Positions 26,866 to 35,296 of a stretch of 64,000 bases of DNA are shown piece by piece. This stretch comes from an uncultured Puniceicoccaceae bacterium. GTDB taxonomy: Bacteria; Verrucomicrobiota; Verrucomicrobiia; Opitutales; Oceanipulchritudinaceae. The notes beneath the pieces are model-generated. The model made no database searches. It was not told where the DNA came from and worked only from the letters and a program-made list of their open reading frames with translations. Position numbers and translations under genes: made by a program. The stretch is from contig CAWVVV010000003.1 of assembly GCA_963933835.1 (NCBI GenBank), forward strand, positions 160,001 to 224,000, written 5' to 3'. The number at the start of each line of letters is the position of its first letter. Position 1 is the stretch's first letter.

Positions 26866-28320
26866 CTAGGAATGACTCCGTTGATGGCTATTATCATGGC
26901 AGGCGTGCACAGGGCGCAGGGCCTGCTGTAATGGTAATTCCAGACGGAAGCGTGCCCCCTTCGGGGACAAATTCTGCATCGAGACGGCACCTTGGTGTGC
27001 CTCGGCGATCGAGCGGCAAATCGAAAGTCCAATCCCTGTGCTCTTTTCTCCCGCAGTTGGCTTATTTGATGTGCGGCAAAATTCCTTGAACAAGAGCCCT
27101 TGTTCACTCGGCTTGACCCCAGGACCCTCGTCTTCCACATCAAAATAGCAGAGGCCTTCATCCTGCCAAACCACTAGCTTCACAGAACTTTGAGGACTGC
27201 TAAACTTAATCGCGTTGCTGAGGAAATTCTCTAGGATTCGACGCACCTTCTTTTCATCGCAATCGAACCGGCTCAAGGAGCCCCGGCCTTCGAATTCGAG
27301 GCCGATCTGTTTTTGCGACGCAGCCACCTTAAAGAGGTTCACCAATGAAAGACCGGTCTGCTCAGGACAGAGAGGCTGAAGGTCCAGTGATACCGCGTTA
27401 GAATCCATCGACGACATGTCATCACGCATCAGATCGCTCAGGCCGAGGATCGCACTCAGGGGATTTCTCAAGTCATGGGAAGCGATACGCAAAAGGCGGT
27501 CCTTCGCCTTGTTCAACGTTTCGAGTTCATTGATGTTGTTTGCACGAAAGTTTGAGAGGACTCGAATCTTGAGGTGGGTGCGGATCCGGGGAAGCGCCTC
27601 ATGTGGATTAAAAGGCTTTCCGATGTAGTCCGAGCCTCCAGCATCGAATCCGCGAGCGATGAACTCCGTCTCCGTCTTGCCCGTGACAAAAATTATCGGG
27701 ATCTCTTTAAATTCTTCGATCGCTTTCAGACGCTGACAGACCTCGTAGCCATCCATCTGGTTCATTACAATATCGAGGAGAATCAGGTCGGGGATCACTT
27801 CTTGTGCGAGCCAAACAGCCTCTTCTCCAGATTTTGCCTCGAAGACTTCGAAACTCGCTCGCTCAAGAATGAAGCGGAGTTTTTTGCGAATCATCGGACT
27901 GTCTTCAACGACGAGGATCTTGCAGCCTGCTAGATCAACTTCCTGTTCGTTTATCGGCATCGGCGGTTTCGTCTCCTGACGGGGTGCCCGAGGCGTGGCC
28001 AAAAATTCTCCCTCGAGGGTCTCCTTTACCCGCTGGCGTGCATAGTCCTCAAATGAACTCATCCCAATATCGACGAATTCGCCCTGAGCCTGAGCTAAGG
28101 CTATTGTGCCAACGGAGACAACCTCCTGGCGGTCTAGCTCGGGAGGTAATTGCTCGGCCAGATCAGCCACAACTTCGTCGACCAAAGGTAAAAACTGACT
28201 CGTTCGACTGATATCGAATCCACCAGAACTAGACAGCGTATTGCTGCCTCGATCGATCGATAGCGCCTCGGCTTTCGGAAAGGACTTTAGGGCCTCTTGA
28301 TTGGATTCTGGAACAAACAT
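26866..28320 (-). CDS. Hybrid histidine kinase: sigma-region-2-like N-terminus + REC + shortened HisKA + HATPase_c
   Basis: REC (KILVVEDS, DLILLDIVM..MDGYEVC, IFVTG, DYIGKPF), H-box ASHDLRNPL, N box ENFLSNAIKFS, G1 DEGPG, G2 TGIGLSIC. Confidence 0.9.
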   Translation of the reverse strand: MFVPESNQEALKSFPKAEALSIDRGSNTLSSSGGFDISRTSQFLPLVDEVVADLAEQLPPELDRQEVVSVGTIALAQAQGEFVDIGMSSFEDYARQRVKETLEGEFLATPRAPRQETKPPMPINEQEVDLAGCKILVVEDSPMIRKKLRFILERASFEVFEAKSGEEAVWLAQEVIPDLILLDIVMNQMDGYEVCQRLKAIEEFKEIPIIFVTGKTETEFIARGFDAGGSDYIGKPFNPHEALPRIRTHLKIRVLSNFRANNINELETLNKAKDRLLRIASHDLRNPLSAILGLSDLMRDDMSSMDSNAVSLDLQPLCPEQTGLSLVNLFKVAASQKQIGLEFEGRGSLSRFDCDEKKVRRILENFLSNAIKFSSPQSSVKLVVWQDEGLCYFDVEDEGPGVKPSEQGLLFKEFCRTSNKPTAGEKSTGIGLSICRSIAEAHQGAVSMQNLSPKGARFRLELPLQQALRPVHACHDNSHQRSHS

Positions 28321-28709
28321 AGATCTCGAATGAACAGTCAGAGTTGCGTCCTAATTTCGTTGCTCCGCTCCGTTCTTGGGCTTCGCATCGTCAGGGTAAA
28401 ACAGTCTCCGACCTGTAAATTCGGAATCCCCCACCACTACTTGCGTTTAAAGAACTTGCTAAAAAGAAATACGACAAACGACAAGGGGCTTATCTAACTC
28501 ACAAAGAGGCGCTTACGGATCTTTATTGAGCGATATTTCAATGCTTCGAGGCATCTAAGCGCACTCTTTTCATCATCTCTTTACAGCCGTATTTGTAGAT
28601 CCTTACACATTCTTTACGTCCGGCATTCACACCGCGAAAGTAGAGAAAGAAAAAGCAGTGGCCCATCGATGCGACGAGCCACTGCTTAGGAAACTGAATT
28701 GCTACGGAC

Positions 28710-29993
28710 CTAGACCTTAGTCCCGTCCGGGATGACCGCATTCTTACGCACGATCAAGACGCCGTCACGGACGTAGATACCGTCTGCTTCGAATTCATCT
28801 GGTTTACCGGTTGGGTCGAGTTCAACCCCTTCTCCGATGCGCGCGTTTTTATCGATGATCGCGTTCTTAATCGTGCAGCCAGGTCCAACCCCAAGCGGAG
28901 GACGACCAAACTTTTTATCCTCTTCCAGATCCTCGAAGGTAGCGAAACTATCCGATCCCATCATAACGACGTTCTCAAAGACGGTCCCCTCATCGACGAC
29001 TGAGCGCACGCCGATGACTGAGTTCCGGATCGTGCAATCTTTCAGGATACAACCCTCGGCCAGAACAGCCTTCTCCAGAGTCGCCCCGTTGACCTTACTC
29101 GCCGGAAGGTAGCGAGCGTGAGTGTAGATCGGATGCTCACGGTCAAAAAAGTTGAATGCGGGCACTGCTTGAGCCAGATCGAGATTCGCGAGGAAAAACG
29201 AACGAACTGTTCCGATATCTTCCCAATAGCCCTCAAAGACAAAAGCAGATGCCTTAAGCTTCCCTAGAAGAGACGGGATGATCTCCTTACCAAAGTCGGT
29301 AAAGTCGTTGTCCAAGACTTCTTTCAGCTTTGAGTATTTGAAGGCATAGATTCCCATGTTTGCCAAAACGTATTTGGAATCTTCTGACACATCGCTGAGG
29401 TCTTTTGTGACTTCTTCACTTAAAGCAAGGCCCTCAATTATCTTAGGGTCCGTCGGTTTTTCAACGAACTCGCTAATATTTAAGTTGTCTTCAACGCGCA
29501 TCAATCCGAGGCCAAGAACCTCTGTCGTACGCATCGCTTTCGCGGCCATGGTGACGCCTGCGTCGGTCTTAAGGTGCTGCTCGACCAAGGCGCGGAAATC
29601 CATGTGGTAGAGCTGGTCGCCTGAAAGAATCAGAACCAAATCGTCGTCATCCCCATTGATGTGGTGCATATTCTGACGCACAGCATCGGCTGTTCCCTGA
29701 TACCAGCTTTCTCCTGCCTGAGTTTGCTCTGCTGAAAGAATATCGACGAAGCCCTTGCTGAAGGGATCGAACTTGTACGACTCTTGAATATGGCGGTGGA
29801 GCGAAGCCGTGTTAAACTGAGTCAGAACATAAATCTGATTGTATCTCGAGTTCAGACAGTTGGATATCGGGATGTCGACAATACGATATTTGCCGCCCAA
29901 GGGAACAGCAGGCTTACAGCGTTCATCGGTCAGCGGATAGAGGCGTGAACCACGTCCACCACCCATGATAATACAGATGACTTTAGATTTCAT
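28710..29993 (-). CDS. glgC: Glucose-1-phosphate adenylyltransferase
   Basis: GGGRGSRLYPLT..RCKPAVPLGGKYRIVDIPISNCLNS, WYQGTADAVRQ, ILSGDQLY, FVEKP, DFGKEIIP, YWEDIGT. Confidence 0.97.
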   Translation of the reverse strand: MKSKVICIIMGGGRGSRLYPLTDERCKPAVPLGGKYRIVDIPISNCLNSRYNQIYVLTQFNTASLHRHIQESYKFDPFSKGFVDILSAEQTQAGESWYQGTADAVRQNMHHINGDDDDLVLILSGDQLYHMDFRALVEQHLKTDAGVTMAAKAMRTTEVLGLGLMRVEDNLNISEFVEKPTDPKIIEGLALSEEVTKDLSDVSEDSKYVLANMGIYAFKYSKLKEVLDNDFTDFGKEIIPSLLGKLKASAFVFEGYWEDIGTVRSFFLANLDLAQAVPAFNFFDREHPIYTHARYLPASKVNGATLEKAVLAEGCILKDCTIRNSVIGVRSVVDEGTVFENVVMMGSDSFATFEDLEEDKKFGRPPLGVGPGCTIKNAIIDKNARIGEGVELDPTGKPDEFEADGIYVRDGVLIVRKNAVIPDGTKV

Positions 29994-30067
29994 TATTAGG
30001 AATTAATATAGCGTCTGGGGGATATAGCTTGAATGCTGGTCAGGCCTCTGATGCATTGCAACCTCAT

Positions 30068-31930
30068 ATGTGCGGAATTGTTGGATACGTAGGGCCACAG
30101 AAGGCTAGCCCTATCCTGATCGAAGGTTTGAAGCGTTTGGAATACCGTGGCTATGATTCAGCTGGCGTTTCTTTGCTCGAGGACACTGGGGAGTTTTTAC
30201 TCCAGAAAAAGATCGGCCGGGTTGAGGCTGTTAACCGCCTCGTCAATCAATCCCCCTCTAGTTCACAAACCGGCATTGGACACACCCGCTGGGCGACGCA
30301 CGGCCATGTGACTGACGAAAACGCACACCCCCATCTCAGCCAAGACGGGAAAATCTGCATCGTCCACAATGGCGTGATCGAAAACCACCACTCGATTCGC
30401 CGCGAGCTTGAGTCGATGGACATCGCATTTCAAAGCGAGACTGACACCGAGGCCCTCTGTAATCTGATCGCTTACTATTACAGCTTGGAGAAAGAAAACG
30501 AAGGGGTCACAACGACCAAAGCGCTCATGGCCGCGGTGCGCTTGAGTCTCCGACAGGTTGAGGGCACCTATGGTATCGGATTAATTTGCAGCGATCTGCC
30601 TAACACCATCGTCGGCGCCCGCAAAGGCAGCCCGCTCGTCCTCGGCATCGGCCAAGGCGAGAACTTCATCGGAAGCGACGTTTCGGCCTTCGCTGGGCGG
30701 ACGCGCGACGTCGTTTATCTGGATGATGGACAGCTTGCGCTCATCTCGCCCGACAATTTTGAGCTGAGCACGTTCGAAGACGAATCGGTCGAGCCCACCG
30801 TAGACCACATCACTTGGGATAGCGAAGACAGTGAGATGGGGGATTACCCTCACTACATGCTCAAGGAGATCTACGAGCAGCCTCAGGCACTTGAGAATGC
30901 GATGCGTGGCCGTTTTTCGGCCGATGGCAGCACCTGTAAATTCGGCGGCCTCAACATCTCACCGCGCGATATCCGCCAGATTGATCGCATCCTTTTCATG
31001 GCCTGTGGAACGGCATGGCATAGCTGTCTCATCGCTGAATATTTGATCGAGAAGTATGCCCGCATCCCGGTCGAAGTAGAGTATGCGAGCGAATTCCGCT
31101 ACCGCAACGCTCCACTCGATAAGAATACCCTTGTTTGGACGATTAGCCAGAGTGGCGAAACCCTCGACACCCTCGAAGCCCAACGTGAAGCACAGCGTAA
31201 AGGCATGCGTGTTCTGGGGATAACCAACGCCGTCGGCTCGACCATGGCTCGAGAAAATGATGGCGGCATCTACCAGCACTGTGGCCCAGAAATCGGCGTT
31301 GCCTCGACAAAGGCATTCACCTCGCAAATTGCGATAGCGGCAATGCTCGCGCTCTATCTCGGGCGCATGCGTGACATGAGTTTTGAGCAAGGCACTGAGC
31401 TCGTCCGCGAGTTAAAGAAGCTGCCTAGTCTCGTGAAACAGATTCTGGCACAGGCAGATACCTACAAAGCAATTGCTGAAAAATACGCTCACCACACAGA
31501 TTTTCTCTTCCTTGGTCGGCAGTTGATGTTTCCCCTCGCCCTCGAAGGTGCGCTCAAGTTGAAGGAAATCAGTTATATCCATGCCGAAGGCTATCCCGCG
31601 GCGGAGATGAAGCACGGCCCGATCGCCCTTATCTGCCCCGAATGCCCAACCGTCGCGATTGCCTCTCAGGGAGATATGCTGAAGAAAAGCATCTCTAACA
31701 TCCAAGAGATCAAAGCGCGAAAGGGACCTGTCATCGCAATAACCAACGCCCCAGAGGCTTTTCCAGAGGGCCTAGCTGACGATCTCATTGTTTTGCCTGA
31801 GTGCCACGAAATCGCCCTACCCGTTTTAGCGAGTATTCCGATGCAGTTCCTTGCCTACTATATCGGCATCGCCCGGGGTAAGGACGTCGATAAACCGCGC
31901 AATTTGGCCAAAAGCGTCACCGTCGAATAG
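30068..31930 (+). CDS. glmS: Glutamine--fructose-6-phosphate transaminase (isomerizing)
   Basis: MCGIVGY, RLEYRGYDSAG, GHTRWATHG, SQSGET, VASTKAF, LKLKEISYIHAEG, PRNLAKSVTVE. Confidence 0.98.
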   Translation: MCGIVGYVGPQKASPILIEGLKRLEYRGYDSAGVSLLEDTGEFLLQKKIGRVEAVNRLVNQSPSSSQTGIGHTRWATHGHVTDENAHPHLSQDGKICIVHNGVIENHHSIRRELESMDIAFQSETDTEALCNLIAYYYSLEKENEGVTTTKALMAAVRLSLRQVEGTYGIGLICSDLPNTIVGARKGSPLVLGIGQGENFIGSDVSAFAGRTRDVVYLDDGQLALISPDNFELSTFEDESVEPTVDHITWDSEDSEMGDYPHYMLKEIYEQPQALENAMRGRFSADGSTCKFGGLNISPRDIRQIDRILFMACGTAWHSCLIAEYLIEKYARIPVEVEYASEFRYRNAPLDKNTLVWTISQSGETLDTLEAQREAQRKGMRVLGITNAVGSTMARENDGGIYQHCGPEIGVASTKAFTSQIAIAAMLALYLGRMRDMSFEQGTELVRELKKLPSLVKQILAQADTYKAIAEKYAHHTDFLFLGRQLMFPLALEGALKLKEISYIHAEGYPAAEMKHGPIALICPECPTVAIASQGDMLKKSISNIQEIKARKGPVIAITNAPEAFPEGLADDLIVLPECHEIALPVLASIPMQFLAYYIGIARGKDVDKPRNLAKSVTVE

Positions 31931-31933
31931 ACA

Positions 31934-32473
31934 ATGCCTTCTCAAAAAACCTCTCGACGATTTGTCCTCACGCTCATCGGCAATGACCGACCGGGCATCG
32001 TCGACACCATTGCGCGGAAAGTCACCGAATCGGGTGGCAACTGGATGGAAAGCCGGATGATTGAGCTCGGCGGTCAGTTCGCAGGACTCGTGCAAGTCGA
32101 GGTCCCTGCACACACCTTCGAAACAGTTTACAAGGACCTCAAAGACCTCGAGTTATCTGGCCTCAACCTCAGTCTGGTAGAAAGCAGCAGCACGCAGGCT
32201 TCGGCGCCTGAGATGGTTGAAATTCGGTTAGAAATAGTGAGTCCCGACCGCGCCGGAATCTTGAGCGAGATCACATCGATCATCGCCAAACAAGGTGTGA
32301 GTATCGAAGAACTGAATACAGAGCTGACGGCTGCGCCCTGGAGTGGCGAACTACTCTTTAAGGCGACCCTCAAGCTACGAGCCGCTAAAGACCAACCGAC
32401 CGACCAACTCATCGACGCTCTGGAAGATGCCTCCGTCGGCATGATGCTAGATCTTTCTGTGTCCACCAGCTAG
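31934..32473 (+). CDS. Tandem ACT domain protein, GcvR-like
   Basis: LTLIGNDRPGIV...GGNW.ESRM..LGGQFAG; second ACT DRAGIL.EI. Confidence 0.85.
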   Translation: MPSQKTSRRFVLTLIGNDRPGIVDTIARKVTESGGNWMESRMIELGGQFAGLVQVEVPAHTFETVYKDLKDLELSGLNLSLVESSSTQASAPEMVEIRLEIVSPDRAGILSEITSIIAKQGVSIEELNTELTAAPWSGELLFKATLKLRAAKDQPTDQLIDALEDASVGMMLDLSVSTS

Positions 32474-32500
32474 TCACTAGAATCCTGTATAACGCGTTCC

Positions 32501-32905
32501 TTGGAAACAACAGCCTACAGCACTCTATTCACGACCCGCGTATCAGATATCAACTACGGTGGTCATCTGGGAAATGATCGCGTCTTAAGTCTCTTTCACG
32601 AGACCCGCGTGCGCTGGCTTTCCAAGCAAGGTTGGAGCGAAGCAGATATTGATGGCGTAGGCATCGTTCAGACCGAGGCTCACCTGAGGTATCGAGCCCA
32701 AGCCTTTCTGGGGGACGAGCTTTCATGCAGCCTCGAGGTGACGGAACTGAAGAGTCGAGGATTCACCCTCCGTTACAAGCTGACACGAATCTCCGATCAT
32801 GCGGTGATCGCAGATGGCTCTACCGTCCTACGATTCTTTGATTACAAGGCACAATCGATCGCATCGACGCCCCCTCGCTTCATTGAGGTCTTCGGGAACA
32901 AATAA
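32501..32905 (+). CDS. Acyl-CoA thioesterase (hot-dog fold)
   Basis: RVSDINYGGHLGND....FHE.R; TTG start. Confidence 0.85.
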   Translation: METTAYSTLFTTRVSDINYGGHLGNDRVLSLFHETRVRWLSKQGWSEADIDGVGIVQTEAHLRYRAQAFLGDELSCSLEVTELKSRGFTLRYKLTRISDHAVIADGSTVLRFFDYKAQSIASTPPRFIEVFGNK

Positions 32906-32907
32906 GG

Positions 32908-32935
32908 CCGGCCAAGGAATTCCTTAGCCGACCTG
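32908..32935. terminator. Imperfect hairpin between convergent genes
   Basis: GCCGGCCAAGG-AATT-CCTTAGCCGAC. Confidence 0.4.
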
Positions 32936-32957
32936 AAGTGAAAATACTAAAAGGTTT

Positions 32958-33416
32958 TTAGGTCTGCGATTCGTATTTCTTCAGACCTTCGATGTATTCG
33001 GCTGGGGAATCACCACCGTAGCCGACTTTCCGCTCAAGAACCTTTTCTCCGTCTGGAGAGACGACCAAGACGGTCGGAAATCCTTCGACCCCAAACTCAG
33101 CTGCGAGTTTCTCGTTATGCTTAACCTGTTCTTTCGACTGCGCTTTTCGACGAGGAAAATCTGCCTTCACGAGGACGTAATTCTCGTCGGTATACGCTGC
33201 GAATTCTTCGGAATCAAAGATGCTTTTTTCAAGTTTGATACAGAAGCCACACCAGTCTGAGCCGGTGAAGAGGAGGAGCATCGGCTTGCCTTCGCTTTCG
33301 GCCTTCGCCTGAGCTTCGGTGTAGCTTTCACTCCAAGTTGCTTCCGCAGCCGTAGAGCGTGTAAAAGGAATAACGGCTAAAGCGGCTATTAAGGTAAGAG
33401 ATAAAATTTGTTTCAT
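32958..33416 (-). CDS. Exported thioredoxin-family protein
   Basis: Signal peptide MKQILSLTL..., FTGSDWCGFC, DFPR, cis-Pro loop GFPT. Confidence 0.9.
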   Translation of the reverse strand: MKQILSLTLIAALAVIPFTRSTAAEATWSESYTEAQAKAESEGKPMLLLFTGSDWCGFCIKLEKSIFDSEEFAAYTDENYVLVKADFPRRKAQSKEQVKHNEKLAAEFGVEGFPTVLVVSPDGEKVLERKVGYGGDSPAEYIEGLKKYESQT

Positions 33417-33481
33417 AGTCGTTTGTTGAATTATAACAATAGTCGCCTTTATGAGCACAAGCAGGCTGACTTATTCCCTCT

Positions 33482-35218
33482 TCATTTCGCAACACTTTCA
33501 TGAGCAGCCGAAAGGCCAGGCAGCCAGATCCGCATTATTGTGCCGCTGCTCGAAGATTCTAGAAGCACAACATCGCCTTGGTGACTCTTCAATATGCGCT
33601 TAGCAATTGAGAGGCCCAATCCAGTGCCTTCCGCCTTACTACTTAAGAATGAATCAAAAATGCTCTCACTCAGTTCAGACGGAATCCCCGGACCACTGTC
33701 GACGACATCAACAATCGCGATGTCTACCCCATCGCGCAATTCACTCGTGAGCCTGAGGCAGATCGAGCCATCCTGACTAATCGCCTGCATGGCATTGAGC
33801 ACAAGATTCAAAAGCGCCTGCTGTAACTGCGCACGACTTGCATCGATCATGATTGGCTGAGACGGTTCTTCGACCACCAGATCAATCTTAACTTGCTCCA
33901 ATTTCAGACGCACAAGATGCGCTGTATCACGAACGACCACTCGAAAGTCATGGTGCATCTTCAGATCCTGGCGTGCGTTTCCAAAACTCAAGACCCGTGT
34001 AACGATTCCCTCGAGTTGATCTAGCTTCTCCCTAATAACCGAGGCGTCCTTCTGGCGAGGATCCTCGTCAGGAAAGTCCATTCCCATTGATTCGAAAAGA
34101 AGCCGAATGACGGTCAGTGGATTCCGGATCTCATGTGCTATCTCAGCTGACAGCATCCCAAGCGTCGTAAGTTTTTCACTACGCCTGAGGCTTTCTTCCG
34201 ACTGAAAGATTCGGTCATAAAGGCGCGCATTCTGAATCGCTATACCGCTTAGACCAGCAAGCGTTTCAAACACCCTACGCTCGTCGTTGCTAAATCGATA
34301 GGTGCGATCGGTATAGGCGTTCAGAACACCGATCACTTCCGACTCGTGAATGATCGGTGCACATAAAAGTGAGACGAGACCACAGGCGCTGACCAGCTCA
34401 ACAAAGTGATGTTCCTCCGTCTTAGCCAAATCCTGCACGACGATCGTTTTTTTCCGGCGAAGCGCTGTACCTAAGGCGCTATCTTCGAGCCGAAGAACCT
34501 CAGTGTAGCCTTCGACCTCTTTGGCTCCGGCAAGAGCGGCAAGACGCAGCTCATTACTGGCAGAATCAAAGAGAAAGAGTGCACAGGCCCGGCACTTCAT
34601 CAGTTCTAGCGTTTCGGTCGTAATACTGTGTAGAAGACTAGCGATGTCGCGTCGCTTGGCGATCGAGCGACCCGTATTCACAAGCGCCCTCAATTGGTCC
34701 GCCTGCTCTTGTAGCTTCTCGATCAGCCAAAGTTTACCCACAACCCGAGTCGCCTCATTTGTCAGTAAAACCAAAACCTTCAGATCGTGCTCATCGAAGG
34801 CGTTCAACACCTTACTATCGATATTGACCACCCCAACGACCTCACCGTTTTCACCCAACATCGGGACAGCCATCTCAGATCGAACATCAGGGTGCACTGT
34901 GACATACCGGGCATCTTCGCGCACGTCGGGAACAATCAATGGCCGCCCGTGAAGAGCTACCCAGCCGGTGACACCTTCACCTAGGCGAAGCTGCATCTGC
35001 TTAGAGTGCGCAGGCAACCCTCGGAGGACTTCAATGACAAGGCGCTGCGTATCCGAACTAATTAACTCTATCGAGGCTATCGAATCAGGGAAAAACTGAA
35101 CCAGTTCATCGACAATAATCTCCAGCGCGTCGCGGGCATCTGCGACGTCATTGACCAGACTACTGATGCGATACAGCGCATCGACGATCGAGTGGTCAGT
35201 CGGGGGTTGGCGTTCCAT
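33482..35218 (-). CDS. Cytoplasmic GAF-GAF sensor histidine kinase
   Basis: Two GAFs (GEGVTGWVA..G.P.IV.DV..D.RY...RSEMAVP; SLLCAPI....VIGVLN), H-box AHEIRNPL, NLVLNAMQA, DSGPGI, GTGLGL. Confidence 0.92.
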   Translation of the reverse strand: MERQPPTDHSIVDALYRISSLVNDVADARDALEIIVDELVQFFPDSIASIELISSDTQRLVIEVLRGLPAHSKQMQLRLGEGVTGWVALHGRPLIVPDVREDARYVTVHPDVRSEMAVPMLGENGEVVGVVNIDSKVLNAFDEHDLKVLVLLTNEATRVVGKLWLIEKLQEQADQLRALVNTGRSIAKRRDIASLLHSITTETLELMKCRACALFLFDSASNELRLAALAGAKEVEGYTEVLRLEDSALGTALRRKKTIVVQDLAKTEEHHFVELVSACGLVSLLCAPIIHESEVIGVLNAYTDRTYRFSNDERRVFETLAGLSGIAIQNARLYDRIFQSEESLRRSEKLTTLGMLSAEIAHEIRNPLTVIRLLFESMGMDFPDEDPRQKDASVIREKLDQLEGIVTRVLSFGNARQDLKMHHDFRVVVRDTAHLVRLKLEQVKIDLVVEEPSQPIMIDASRAQLQQALLNLVLNAMQAISQDGSICLRLTSELRDGVDIAIVDVVDSGPGIPSELSESIFDSFLSSKAEGTGLGLSIAKRILKSHQGDVVLLESSSSGTIMRIWLPGLSAAHESVAK

Positions 35219-35296
35219 AAAGGGGATTAAACAGACTTGAAAAGCCCACAGGTCTCAAGCCAAGAATCTGGCCGACCCCTCTCCGAGGTCGAACAC

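Noticed and set aside
28321..28709. sigma28 promoter upstream of the sigma-like kinase, and the small ORFs here
   Set aside because: No TAAA-N15-GCCGATAA match found on the minus strand; the ORFs lack coding features.
29994..30067. Possible glmS ribozyme
   Set aside because: Only 74 bp shared with divergent glgC; too short, and no ribozyme core recognised.
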